Shown here piece by piece: positions 9,641 through 19,375 of a stretch of 64,000 nt of DNA. Origin of the DNA: Terriglobia bacterium. Its GTDB lineage: Bacteria; Acidobacteriota; Terriglobia; 20CM-2-55-15. A program made the position numbers and the translations under genes. Under the pieces are notes generated by a model. That model ran no database searches, had not been told where the DNA came from, and was given only the letters and a program-made list of their open reading frames with translations. Each line of letters begins with the position of its first letter. Within the stretch, counting starts at the first letter, position 1. Where the stretch lies: positions 313,833 through 377,832 of the forward strand of contig CBDCLE010000026.1 of NCBI GenBank assembly GCA_965218585.1, in the 5' to 3' direction.

Positions 9641-10438
9641 ATGCGTCGAAGATTTACGTTCTTTCTCGTCACAACGGCTCTGTTTCTTGGCCTGACGGGC
9701 GGCGTGTTCGCCCTGAAGGTTCGGGCCGGAACATTGCAGGCCTCGGCCGAGAACGTCCGAACAGTCCTGGACGGTGTCTACAGCCAGGAGCAGATGGAGC
9801 GCGGCCAGGCCGCATACGAAGCCACCTGTTCGGGCTGTCACGCCTTGAATCTGGTCGGAGGGCGAAACGCGGCACTTAAAGGCGACCTCTTCCTCGACAA
9901 GTGGAGGGAGTTCAATCTCGACCTGCTCTACGGATTTATTTCTGGTGCCATGCCACCCCGCCAAAACGAAAACGCGGTGATATTGCCTGACGAAGAGTAC
10001 CTGGACATCCTGACCTACATCGTCAGCGGGAACGGCGCACCGGCCGGTGAAGACGAACTGACGATGGATGAGCTGGCCGAAGTCCGGTTCGTAGGACCGG
10101 ATGGCCCCCAGCCCCTGCCCCTGGGTGCCCTGGTAAGCGTCGTGGGGTGTCTGGAACGTTCTCCAGATAACGACTGGGTCCTGACCAACGGGAGCCAACC
10201 GATCCGTTCTCAGACGTTGCCGTTTGACGCAACCACGGATGAACTCATGGACGCTGAGTCTATTCCGCTCGGCACCGAGACATTCGGGTTACAGGATATG
10301 GCCTTCGTCAGAGGCTTCGAGCCGGACGATCATGACACGCACAAGGTCCAGGCGAAGGGCTTATTGATCCCGGTGGCCGACAGCCGAAATATCTCGCTCA
10401 CCACCATGGAAATGATCTCGGCTGAATGTTCGGAGTGA
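9641..10438 (+). CDS. Secreted mono-heme cytochrome c with C-terminal extra domain
   Basis: Signal peptide; VLDGVYS..QMERG..CSGCH..AMPP (CxxCH plus distal Met). Confidence 0.85.
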   Translation: MRRRFTFFLVTTALFLGLTGGVFALKVRAGTLQASAENVRTVLDGVYSQEQMERGQAAYEATCSGCHALNLVGGRNAALKGDLFLDKWREFNLDLLYGFISGAMPPRQNENAVILPDEEYLDILTYIVSGNGAPAGEDELTMDELAEVRFVGPDGPQPLPLGALVSVVGCLERSPDNDWVLTNGSQPIRSQTLPFDATTDELMDAESIPLGTETFGLQDMAFVRGFEPDDHDTHKVQAKGLLIPVADSRNISLTTMEMISAECSE

Positions 10439-12657
10439 TTTCCCGGCGGAGGAATCCTCTTCGCCACGTTGTCCTCTGCTTCCTGATATCTGCCGTCTTT
10501 GCTTCGGGCCCATTGGCCGGACAGGTTTCCGACCCAGCCCCTGACCGGCCGAGTGTCCGCGCGATTCGTTTAGGTCCCGGTGATGAAATCACCCTGGACG
10601 GCCGGCTTGACGAGGCTGTCTGGGATCGGGCCCAACCCGCGACGGACTTCAAACAGGCGGATCCTCTCAGCGGTGAACCTGCCACCGAAGACACGGACAT
10701 CCGCGTCGTTTTCAACGAAAACAACCTCTACATCGGCGCAGCATTCTTCGACTCCAATCCTGACGGATTGCTTGCCAACCAGATGGTGCGCGATGGAAGC
10801 CTGGACTCGGACGACCGCTTCATGTGGACGATCGATCCCCTGTACGACCAGCGCAGCGGGTATTTCTTCGAAGTCAACCCCGCGGGCGCGATGGGGGATG
10901 CCCAGTTGGTGCCTGCAACGGGCGGAACGTTTGGTACCAGCCAGAACCGCGCATGGGATGGCATCTGGATGGCGCGGGTTGAAACACACGATGCGGGCTG
11001 GACAATCGAAGTTGAAATTCCTTTCAGCACGATCAACTTCGACCCGGAGGCCGAAGCTTGGGGGGCCAATTTCCAGAGGACAGTCCGAAGGAAGAACGAA
11101 GAAGACATCTGGTCCGGTTGGGCACGGAACGAAGGCCTGTTCAATCTGACAGCCGCCGGCCGAATTGAAGGCATCGAAGGCGCCAGTCAGGGCGTGGGCC
11201 TCGATATACAACCCTATGTGATCGGTACCTACAGTGAAACTGTCGGAAACCCCACTCCAGCTGACTACAACGCAGAAGCCGGACTCGATGTTTTTTACAA
11301 GCTCACACCTCAGCTCCAGGCGAACCTGACGATCAATACCGATTTCGCGCAGACCGAGGTCGATGACCGACAGGTGAATCTCACACGATTCCCACTTTTT
11401 TTCCCGGAAAAGCGGGACTTCTTCCTTGAGGGAGCGGGCGATTTCGACTTTACGCGGGAACCAAGCAGGACCATAAGCGCGTTCTTTTCACGCCGTATCG
11501 GCCTCAATAACGGACGACCCCAAAAGATCGACTACGGCATGAAACTCGCTGGACAGGCCGCGGGTTTCAATCTGGGTGTGATGCAGGTCCGCACTGCCCA
11601 AGAGCCCGGCGTCGCCGGCGAAGACTTTACCGTCATTCGCCCGAAGCGTCAGTTTTTTAGCCAGTCGTATGCGGGCCTGATCTACACCCGCCGCGCGGAA
11701 CGAGATTCCAACTCCCCCGACCGCCAAACTATTGGTGTGGATTTTCAGTTGGCCACAGCTCGGTTTAGAGGCGACAAGAACCTTCAGTTCAATGCCTACT
11801 ATGTGAATACTCCCAATGGCGACGGAAAAGAGGACACCGCTTCTTACGGACTCCGGTTGGTCTTCGCGAACGAACCCATCAGCAGCCGGATCTGGTTCGT
11901 CGCTGTTGATGAAAACTTTGATCCAGCCGTGGGATTCGTCCAACGGACGAACTACCGGCACTTGCAACCCGTGATCACGTGGATTCCGCGTCCAGCCAAC
12001 CATCCATGGATACGTCGGATGCAGCTTCGAACATGGGCCGCACTGATCACCGATGGGGATGGCCGGTGGTCAGAGCGTAATTATCCGTTCCAATTCGACA
12101 TCGACCTCCACTCAGGCGACCGGATCAACATCAATATCACCCGAACTACATTCGAACGCCTGCAACGGGACTTCCGCATCACGCCGGACGTCACGCTTCC
12201 CAAGGGCACCGTGTATACATACACGCGCTACCAGTTCAGTTTGAATACGGCAAGCCGGCGTGCGGTTTCCGGTAGCGCCAGCGCGACAGTGGGTTCGTTC
12301 TATTCGGGAACCCGCCGGGAGATCGCGTTGGGGTTGAATCTGCGGCCACGGCCGGGAGTGGTCGCAACACTGAGTTCGTCATTCAACCGGGTAGAGCTCG
12401 ACGAAGGGAGTTTCTCCACAAAACTCCTCAGAGCCGTGGTTGATACACAATTCAGCCCCTTCGTATCGATCTCGAACAATATCCAGTACGATACGATCAG
12501 TCGGATTCTGGGATGGCAGGCCCGCTTCCGCTGGATCGTGGACCCCGGCAACGACATCTACGTCGTGTGGCTGAACAACTGGCTCGACACGGGAGAAACA
12601 CTGACTGCCCTGGACCGCAGCGCGGCAGCCAAGTTGGTCTACACACATCGGTTCTAG
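10426..12657 (+). CDS. CBM9-like + DUF5916 secreted/outer-membrane protein
   Basis: LDGRLDEAVW, GWTIEVEIPFSTINF and NTDFAQTEVDDRQVNLTRFPLFFPEKRDFFLEG; C-terminal Phe typical of beta-barrels. Confidence 0.85.
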   Translation: MFGVISRRRNPLRHVVLCFLISAVFASGPLAGQVSDPAPDRPSVRAIRLGPGDEITLDGRLDEAVWDRAQPATDFKQADPLSGEPATEDTDIRVVFNENNLYIGAAFFDSNPDGLLANQMVRDGSLDSDDRFMWTIDPLYDQRSGYFFEVNPAGAMGDAQLVPATGGTFGTSQNRAWDGIWMARVETHDAGWTIEVEIPFSTINFDPEAEAWGANFQRTVRRKNEEDIWSGWARNEGLFNLTAAGRIEGIEGASQGVGLDIQPYVIGTYSETVGNPTPADYNAEAGLDVFYKLTPQLQANLTINTDFAQTEVDDRQVNLTRFPLFFPEKRDFFLEGAGDFDFTREPSRTISAFFSRRIGLNNGRPQKIDYGMKLAGQAAGFNLGVMQVRTAQEPGVAGEDFTVIRPKRQFFSQSYAGLIYTRRAERDSNSPDRQTIGVDFQLATARFRGDKNLQFNAYYVNTPNGDGKEDTASYGLRLVFANEPISSRIWFVAVDENFDPAVGFVQRTNYRHLQPVITWIPRPANHPWIRRMQLRTWAALITDGDGRWSERNYPFQFDIDLHSGDRININITRTTFERLQRDFRITPDVTLPKGTVYTYTRYQFSLNTASRRAVSGSASATVGSFYSGTRREIALGLNLRPRPGVVATLSSSFNRVELDEGSFSTKLLRAVVDTQFSPFVSISNNIQYDTISRILGWQARFRWIVDPGNDIYVVWLNNWLDTGETLTALDRSAAAKLVYTHRF

Positions 12658-12749
12658 AAAGCTGACGGAGATCAGGCCTCAACCGTCAGCCGCGGACGCA
12701 AAACTGACAAGTGAGGCCAGGACTGAATCGTTAGACAGGAGGAATTCAC

Positions 12750-13469
12750 ATGAGTGATGCAGGCAGGGTAGACGCCAACGGAACACCCGCGTACGTCGCC
12801 CGGCCGGAGGGGACGCCCAGAGGCGCCGTCGTCGTATGCTTTGAGATCTTCGGTCTGAACGGGCATATGGAAGACCTTTGCCGCCGCTTTGCAGAAAGCG
12901 GTTACGTGGCGGCAGCACCGGATTTTTATCATCGAAACGAAGGTGAACGGACGGCTCCGTACTCCGACAAGGACGGCGCCTTCACGCTCGCGAACACGAT
13001 TACAGATTCTTCAGTCATGAGCGACATCGACTCCGTCTACGAATATCTGAAATCGCAGTCCGACATCGATGAAACTCGCCTCGGAATCGTCGGCTACTGC
13101 ATGGGTGGTCGCCTGGCTTTCCTGACCACATGCCGGAATCCGTTCTTAAAGGCGTGCGTGTCTTTTTATGGAGGTGGGGTCGCCACGAAAAGTCGCTTCC
13201 AGGGTCTTACGACAATCCCGCTAGAGGAAGCCGAGGCGATAGAGACACCGATGTTCCTTGCCTACGGAGGACAAGACCAAAGCATACCGCCCGAACACAT
13301 TCAGACCATAAGGGACCGCCTTCGAGAGCTCGGAAAGAAGGCCGAGATCCAGATCTATCCTGAAGCCGGGCACGGCTTTCTCTGTGACGAGAGGGAATCC
13401 TACAACGCCGAGGCCGCGAAGGACGGCTGGACCAGAACAATTGCGTTTCTGAACGAACACATGGTCTGA
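12750..13469 (+). CDS. Dienelactone hydrolase family protein
   Basis: EIFGLN, GYCMGG and YPEAGHGF motifs; AGGAGG RBS. Confidence 0.93.
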   Translation: MSDAGRVDANGTPAYVARPEGTPRGAVVVCFEIFGLNGHMEDLCRRFAESGYVAAAPDFYHRNEGERTAPYSDKDGAFTLANTITDSSVMSDIDSVYEYLKSQSDIDETRLGIVGYCMGGRLAFLTTCRNPFLKACVSFYGGGVATKSRFQGLTTIPLEEAEAIETPMFLAYGGQDQSIPPEHIQTIRDRLRELGKKAEIQIYPEAGHGFLCDERESYNAEAAKDGWTRTIAFLNEHMV

Positions 13470-13527
13470 AAAGTGGGACAGATCACTCTTTTTGCGTGCA
13501 AAAAGAGTGACCTGTCCCCACTTTTTC
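13468..13527. repeat. Long near-perfect palindrome between convergent genes (GGGACA-type; possible bidirectional terminator)
   Basis: AAAAGTGGGACAGATCACTCTTTTTGC-GT-GCAAAAAGAGTGACCTGTCCCCACTTTTT. Confidence 0.75.
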
Positions 13528-13538
13528 AACCTGCCTAC

Positions 13539-14201
13539 TCAATCAGCGGCAAAGCAGTAGAAGTAGCCGTTGCCACCGGTCCCGATCAGGTTGTCCTGGC
13601 TGCAGCCCCTGCTGAAGTGTGTGGCATTCCATGAGGTATTTCCCCCACCGGTGCGGTCATGGTGACCGAGCATGGCATTGCCTGCATCGTTGCTGCTCCA
13701 GTTGTTACAGGTTGTCACTTCGGGGTTTATTCCAATCAGAGCAAAGCCGCGTGAGTCCGATCCTGTCAGCATGTCATGCTGGTTGCCCGGAATCTCATTT
13801 CCCTCTTCTGTGATTGCCGTGGAGCTTCCGATTGCATTTCGATCACGCAAAACGTCTCCGTGGAGATCGGCCACATTCGCGGCGATCATCTGGCCGTTGG
13901 CGTTATACCAGGGACCCGTGCCGATGCGGTCGCGCGCATTGATCCGCATCTCTGGGCCCCCGAAACGCGCGGATTGACTCAGATACGCCCGCCACGTCCG
14001 GTTGCCGGCTCCGGCGGCCGCGGCCAGCATCTGGCAGTGAGCGTCGGCCCCGTCCAGGCCACCCAGGTTGGCGCCGTCGCCCGACCCTCTACTGGTAATG
14101 AAAAAACTCATCCCCGGACCGTCCTGGGCACTGGCGATATTGGGAATCACGATCAGCGCCGCAACTGTGAGCGCAACAACTATGCCTGTTTTCCTATTCA
14201 T
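13539..14201 (-). CDS. Secreted endostatin/C-type-lectin-like fold protein, paralog 1
   Basis: Signal peptide; MSFFITS, GADAHCQMLA, ARDRIGTGPWYN, TCNNWSS and GYFYCFAAD. Confidence 0.75.
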   Translation of the reverse strand: MNRKTGIVVALTVAALIVIPNIASAQDGPGMSFFITSRGSGDGANLGGLDGADAHCQMLAAAAGAGNRTWRAYLSQSARFGGPEMRINARDRIGTGPWYNANGQMIAANVADLHGDVLRDRNAIGSSTAITEEGNEIPGNQHDMLTGSDSRGFALIGINPEVTTCNNWSSNDAGNAMLGHHDRTGGGNTSWNATHFSRGCSQDNLIGTGGNGYFYCFAAD

Positions 14202-14278
14202 AATATTTTCCTCTTTCCTTCTTGTGTGGTTTCTCCGGGCGAGGTTCAAACGCCCGACAAAATGATTCGAAAACTGTC

Positions 14279-14959
14279 TCAATCTGCGGCGAAGCAATAA
14301 AAGTAGCCGTTGCCTCCCGTCGAGTTCAGATTCTCCTGGCTGCAGCCGTTCGACATGTGTACGGCATTCCATGAGACATTCCCGCCACCGATGCGGTCAT
14401 GATGACCGACCATGGCATTACCCGCGTCGTTACTTGTCCAGTTGTTGCATGTCGTCACATCCGCCCGGCCAATCAACGCAAAGCCCCGGGAGTCGGAACC
14501 GGTCAGGATGTCATGCTGGTTGGGTTGGTCACCGACACCATTGATGGGATCTCCGTTCTCGTCTACGGCGCTCTGTTTCCTGACGTTGTTGCGGTCGCGC
14601 TGAACGTCACCGTGAAGATCGGCCACGCTCGCGGCGATCATCTGGCCGTTGGCGTTATACCAAGGACCGCTGCCGATACGATCACGCGCGTTGACGGCGG
14701 GGCTCGCACCTCCGCGCCCGCCCGTCTGAGTTCGGCTCAGATAGGCATGCCAGTGACGGTCGCCGGCTCCAGCAGCGGCAGCCAGCATCTGGCAGTGGGC
14801 GTCGGCCCCAGCAAGGTCTCCCAGATTGGCGCCGTCTCCGGGACCCGAACTGGTAACGAAGAAACTCATCCCTGGCCCGTCCTGCGCACTGACAATATTG
14901 GGAACTGCGAGTAGGGTTGCTACTGCTAGCGCAACGGATATCCATGTCTTCCTGTACAT
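14279..14959 (-). CDS. Secreted endostatin/C-type-lectin-like fold protein, paralog 2
   Basis: Same motifs as the adjacent paralog; tandem duplicate. Confidence 0.75.
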   Translation of the reverse strand: MYRKTWISVALAVATLLAVPNIVSAQDGPGMSFFVTSSGPGDGANLGDLAGADAHCQMLAAAAGAGDRHWHAYLSRTQTGGRGGASPAVNARDRIGSGPWYNANGQMIAASVADLHGDVQRDRNNVRKQSAVDENGDPINGVGDQPNQHDILTGSDSRGFALIGRADVTTCNNWTSNDAGNAMVGHHDRIGGGNVSWNAVHMSNGCSQENLNSTGGNGYFYCFAAD

Positions 14960-15189
14960 AATACTTTCCTCTTTTGATCTTCGGTTTATCTGGGTGTCGC
15001 CCGGTGGACGCACCGATCCAAAAAAGCCAAATCGGCTGAACTTTACTAGTACGGCGAATCATAGTCCTGTGGACGAAGGTTTACAAGTGTAACGGCCATT
15101 CTCGAACTGATGCAAAGGTTCTTGACTCCTGTGCAATCTGGAACAAATATGGACCGGAATCATCAAGATAAGGATTGGAGAAAAGGAAC

Positions 15190-16623
15190 ATGAGAAATCT
15201 AAATCGTTGGGCGTACCGACTGACGTTGGCTACCGTCATCCTGGCAGTCGGAACGACAACTGTTTGGGGGCAATCGGCAATCCCCACACGCGGTGGAAAC
15301 GATGGGATCGAGAGGCAGGGTTTCCAGGGTCGCGGTGGGACAGAGGCGGAAGAGCCTTTTGAGCAGGTGGTATCTGCGCTGGCCACGATTTCGGGAGAAA
15401 TCACAGGACCGGGAACGATGTTCGAGTCGTTGATGGAACTGCCTCCAACCGACGACATGGCTCATTACGGCTACGTAGCGAAGGAATACTTCGTTTCAGG
15501 CATGGCCAACGGAGCTCCGTACAAAACCCGCATTGTCGTTCGCAAGCCGGCCGACGACGATGACTTCAGTGGACTGGTCCTTGCCGAATCGATGCATCCG
15601 AGCGGGAACGCCTGGATGTTGCATTTCACTCATCGCTATACCATGAATTCCGGACACATCTCGGTCGACATTCTTACGAGCAACCCGACGGCATTCGCCG
15701 AATACAACGAAGAACGCTATGGAGATCTCGAAACGACGAACGGACAGTCCAGCGAGATCATTGCTCAGGTCGGGGCCCTTCTGAAATCACGGCAGGCCAA
15801 CAGCCCGCTCGCCGGACTACCCCTGAGGAAAATGGTTCTTGCAGGGACTTCCGCGTCTGCAGGAGTGTTGATTCGATACCTGCCCACACATATGTCGATG
15901 CGGCTCGCGGATCTCGGGCCCATCTTTGACGGTTTCCTGCCCACGAGCACAGGCGGAACGATCCAGTCAGTCGATGTGCCGTTGATCCAGGTTCCGACAA
16001 TGACTGAAGTGCATCGCGGCAACGCCACGACGCGGCAGGATGGCGACGAACCCGACAATCAGTACCGGTCGTACGAGTTTGCAGGTATGGCCCACATCGA
16101 TTCCCGGGACGCTGCAGCTTACTACCCGGATCCGTGCAAGTTCCCGATCAGCCGATTCCCGATGGCCGCTTACATGTCGGTGGCCCTGGACCACCTCTTA
16201 AAATGGGTGGATGAAGGCATCACGCCGCCACGTGCCCAGCGAATCTGGGTTGACCGCACGACGGCCAATGACGGCTCACACATGGCTCTGGACGAGTACG
16301 GGAACGCAATCGGGGGCATCCGCAACCCGTACGTCGACGTGCCGACCAAGAAGATCTCTGTTCGAAACGAAGGAGCCGATCCGCCGATTCCGGACGCCCA
16401 TCCGTTTGTCGGAACTCGCGGACCGCAGGCACAGAATCAGTTATGCGGGCTTGCGGGCTACGAAATAGCGTTCTCCCGGAACCAATTGAAAGAACTTTAC
16501 GGGGACATGCGTAACTACAAGGCCAAGGTAGAGCAAAGCTATGACCAAAGAGTGCGGGAAGGCTGGGCCCTGCCCGTATACAAGGACGTGGTCATGGCCG
16601 ACGCCGCTTCGGTGGAGTTTTAG
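15190..16623 (+). CDS. Secreted alpha/beta-hydrolase-domain protein
   Basis: Signal peptide; KEYFVSG, YKTRIVVRKP, AGTSASA elbow, YEFAGMAH and DEYGNAIGGIRNPYVDVP. Confidence 0.75.
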   Translation: MRNLNRWAYRLTLATVILAVGTTTVWGQSAIPTRGGNDGIERQGFQGRGGTEAEEPFEQVVSALATISGEITGPGTMFESLMELPPTDDMAHYGYVAKEYFVSGMANGAPYKTRIVVRKPADDDDFSGLVLAESMHPSGNAWMLHFTHRYTMNSGHISVDILTSNPTAFAEYNEERYGDLETTNGQSSEIIAQVGALLKSRQANSPLAGLPLRKMVLAGTSASAGVLIRYLPTHMSMRLADLGPIFDGFLPTSTGGTIQSVDVPLIQVPTMTEVHRGNATTRQDGDEPDNQYRSYEFAGMAHIDSRDAAAYYPDPCKFPISRFPMAAYMSVALDHLLKWVDEGITPPRAQRIWVDRTTANDGSHMALDEYGNAIGGIRNPYVDVPTKKISVRNEGADPPIPDAHPFVGTRGPQAQNQLCGLAGYEIAFSRNQLKELYGDMRNYKAKVEQSYDQRVREGWALPVYKDVVMADAASVEF

Positions 16624-16637
16624 CAGCGTCTCGTCCA

Positions 16638-16674
16638 AAGAGAACGGGATGCCAGATAGGCGTCCCGCTCTCTT
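16638..16674. terminator. Hairpin between convergent genes
   Basis: AAGAGAACGGGATGCC-AGATA-GGCGTCCCGCTCTCTT. Confidence 0.55.
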
Positions 16675-16720
16675 CTCAAACTGTCAAACCCACCAGCGAA
16701 ATCTTCGGCGCCAGCCGAGT

Positions 16721-17128
16721 CTAGTTGACGGCCGGATCGTTCGGATTAGAAGATCCCGCAAACAGACTGCGGCCTTCCTTTGTAACCGTCGAAGCGTTCA
16801 CCATCGGCGATCCATCCCGCGCCAGAGCGCCTTCCACGCTTACAGCGTCACCTGGCTGCAACGTATCGGGCAACCATCCCTGCCTGAAAAGACGGGTTGG
16901 AGGGCCGCCTTCAACGGCGTAGTTGGTCACCTGGCCGTTTTCGCCTCTCACATCCACATAGAAATAGATGTGCGGGCTCATCCACTCCATCTTCGTCACG
17001 GTACCTTCGAGCTCGATCCGTTTGTCCGCGTCGTATTGCGCGGCAAACGAATGGTGGGCGCTTGCCGTTGCGCCTGCCAGCGCGAGGCCAAACACTACGC
17101 CAAAAACGATCAACAGATTCCATTTCAT
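16721..17128 (-). CDS. DUF6152 family secreted protein (copy 1)
   Basis: Signal ASA/HHSFAAQYD, LEGTVTKMEWMSPH and GWLPDTLQPGDAVSVEG. Confidence 0.85.
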   Translation of the reverse strand: MKWNLLIVFGVVFGLALAGATASAHHSFAAQYDADKRIELEGTVTKMEWMSPHIYFYVDVRGENGQVTNYAVEGGPPTRLFRQGWLPDTLQPGDAVSVEGALARDGSPMVNASTVTKEGRSLFAGSSNPNDPAVN

Positions 17129-17148
17129 CAGATTCTTTACCTCCAGAC

Positions 17149-17865
17149 CTAGCCCTGGGGACCTATAACGACGCCAGGTACCAGATGTTCCGCATCTCTT
17201 TCGTTCTCCGTGCATGTGTAGTCCATGACGCGATCGTTTTCCATCAGTTCGAAGGTCTTGCTTACCGTGAACGGCTCTGTATAGAAGAGGGGGTCCTCTA
17301 TGGTGATTTCCCAATCGAGCGTGTTCGAATCGGTTCTTCGAATGCGCTCCTCCAGCCGCAATTGATCACTGTGCTGGTGACCGATATTGTCCAGATCGGC
17401 TCTCGCGTTGATGCCCACGGTTTCGAAGATCAGCGTATCTCCTTCATAACGACCCACAGAGTGTCCCATCCATTCGGGAGCGGCGAAAACGATGTCCGGA
17501 TGATCCCGGCCATCGGTGTACACGATTCGAAAGGTGCGGCGGACCTCATAGGCGATAATGAGCATTTCAGGCGTCTGCATGATCCTGAAGGGAAAGTTGG
17601 CCATCCAGGTTCGGCTTGGGCCCATCGGCAGACAGCGCGCTGCGGTGTTCAGGGCGTGATCGAAGTTCATATAGCGTTCAAGCCCGTAGTCGGTATAAGG
17701 AAGTTCGCCCACCTGTCGCTCGAAGTTCGGGCTCAGGACGGCGTTGCCCGATCCGATCCAGAGCCCACTTACATCGGGCATGGGTCCGGACTGAGCGAGG
17801 GCGGCGGCCGGAGCTATGCTCAACAACACCACAGCAGCCATGGTCGGTACAAAAGCTGATCTCAT
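17149..17865 (-). CDS. Uncharacterised secreted CxPxG / GxSxG-EGDTL family protein (member 1)
   Basis: Signal peptide; CLPMGPSR, WMGHSVGRYEGDTL, HSDQLRLEER, EDPLFYTEP and YTCTEN. Confidence 0.85.
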   Translation of the reverse strand: MRSAFVPTMAAVVLLSIAPAAALAQSGPMPDVSGLWIGSGNAVLSPNFERQVGELPYTDYGLERYMNFDHALNTAARCLPMGPSRTWMANFPFRIMQTPEMLIIAYEVRRTFRIVYTDGRDHPDIVFAAPEWMGHSVGRYEGDTLIFETVGINARADLDNIGHQHSDQLRLEERIRRTDSNTLDWEITIEDPLFYTEPFTVSKTFELMENDRVMDYTCTENERDAEHLVPGVVIGPQG

Positions 17866-18043
17866 CTGAAATTCCTCCCCTACACATTGAGCGCTGAGAT
17901 TGACGCAAGTCTACAAGATTCGACCAGCGGCATCAATTGAATCAGACGGTCTGGGTCCTGACTTGAAAACTTCCCGGTGCGGGCGTAGGCTAGGCTTCGA
18001 AATGGCACCCACAACACGACAGAAAAACGAAGAGGCTTTACCT

Positions 18044-19126
18044 ATGAGAAGAACACATTTCCTAACCTGGATCCTGGTCTTTACAGCAACGGCCAGCCTG
18101 TTTGCCACCCGAGGCATTGCCCAACGGGATCCGTTCATGCAAACGCTGACAAACATGATGGTCCAGGGCCAGATCGAAGCTCAGCGAAGCGGAGCCGAGC
18201 CGGTGCGCGAGATCATAAACGTGACTGGAGATCTGTACCGATTCCGAAGCGGCGGACATTACGGGCTCTTCCTGGTGACGTCGGGGGGAATCATCCTCGT
18301 CGATCCACTAAACACAGATGCGTCGACCTGGCTCAAGGGTGAACTGGACGAACGGTTCAATGTGCCGGTTCGCTACGTCATCTACAGCCACTTCCATTAC
18401 GACCATATCGAGGGCGGCGGCGTCTTTTCCGACACCGCAGAGATCGTCGCTCATGAGAACACGGTGGATGCGATCTACCGCGGCGTGGCCCAGACCCTTC
18501 CGGGCGCCAGCTATGACGAGAACGGTGACGCTATCCTCCAACGCGAGGAAGCCGTCACAGGGATGAGGGCTGCCTTCGATCGCCTGGATCGGAACGGAGA
18601 TGACCTTTTGACGGGCGCAGAGATGTTTGCGGAGATTCCCCCGCCGGACATCACCTACTCCGACAGGCACACCCTGACGCTGGGCGGCAAGAACGTCGAA
18701 CTGATCTATCCGGGTCCCAACCACGCACCCGATATGACAGTGGTTCTCTTCCCCGATGAACGAACGATGTTCACTGTGGATATCATCAGCATCGGTGGGC
18801 TACCTCTGGAACCGTATTTCGACCGGAGGCCCCTGACATCGTGGATCCAATCGATCCGCACGATCGAATCGCTCGACTTCGACATCGCGGCCCTCGGACA
18901 CGGCAACACGATGGGGACCAAGGCCGACGTCAGTGATCAGCGCGCCTATTTTGAAAACCTTGTCCGAATCGTGTCGGAGGCGATGGATGCGGGCATGAGC
19001 CTCGATGAATTCAAAGCCACTTCACCCCTGGAAGAATACAGTGATTGGGGCAACTACGAGATGCTCAGTGGGCCGCATGTCGATTGGGCGTGGGAGAACC
19101 TGACGGCGTATCCTCTATCAGACTAG
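18044..19126 (+). CDS. Secreted metallo-beta-lactamase-fold hydrolase with EF-hand pair insertion
   Basis: SHFHYDH (HxHxDH), PNH, D and GHG motifs; DENGDAILQREE and DRNGDDLLTGAE loops. Confidence 0.88.
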   Translation: MRRTHFLTWILVFTATASLFATRGIAQRDPFMQTLTNMMVQGQIEAQRSGAEPVREIINVTGDLYRFRSGGHYGLFLVTSGGIILVDPLNTDASTWLKGELDERFNVPVRYVIYSHFHYDHIEGGGVFSDTAEIVAHENTVDAIYRGVAQTLPGASYDENGDAILQREEAVTGMRAAFDRLDRNGDDLLTGAEMFAEIPPPDITYSDRHTLTLGGKNVELIYPGPNHAPDMTVVLFPDERTMFTVDIISIGGLPLEPYFDRRPLTSWIQSIRTIESLDFDIAALGHGNTMGTKADVSDQRAYFENLVRIVSEAMDAGMSLDEFKATSPLEEYSDWGNYEMLSGPHVDWAWENLTAYPLSD

Positions 19127-19134
19127 TTTGCTTG

Positions 19135-19197
19135 CTGTAGGTGCGCTCTTGTGAGCGCATACAAACGAAAACGTGCGCTCATAGAGCGCACCTACAG
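19135..19197. repeat. GTAG-type REP doublet
   Basis: CTGTAGGTGCGCTCTTGTGAGCGCA...GTGCGCTCATAGAGCGCACCTACAG. Confidence 0.85.
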
Positions 19198-19375
19198 TCG
19201 AAAAGGCGGATACCGGTTTCAAGGCACCAACGGAATAAGCGGTAACACGAACACAAGCGAGAACGATCAGCCGCTTGCATCGTCAAGGAAGGGTTCCTTG
19301 CCGAGAGTGTCGACCCGCGCGACTAAACGTCGATGTTGCCATTCACCGAACAAAGGATTTGCTTCGTTTGAAACT

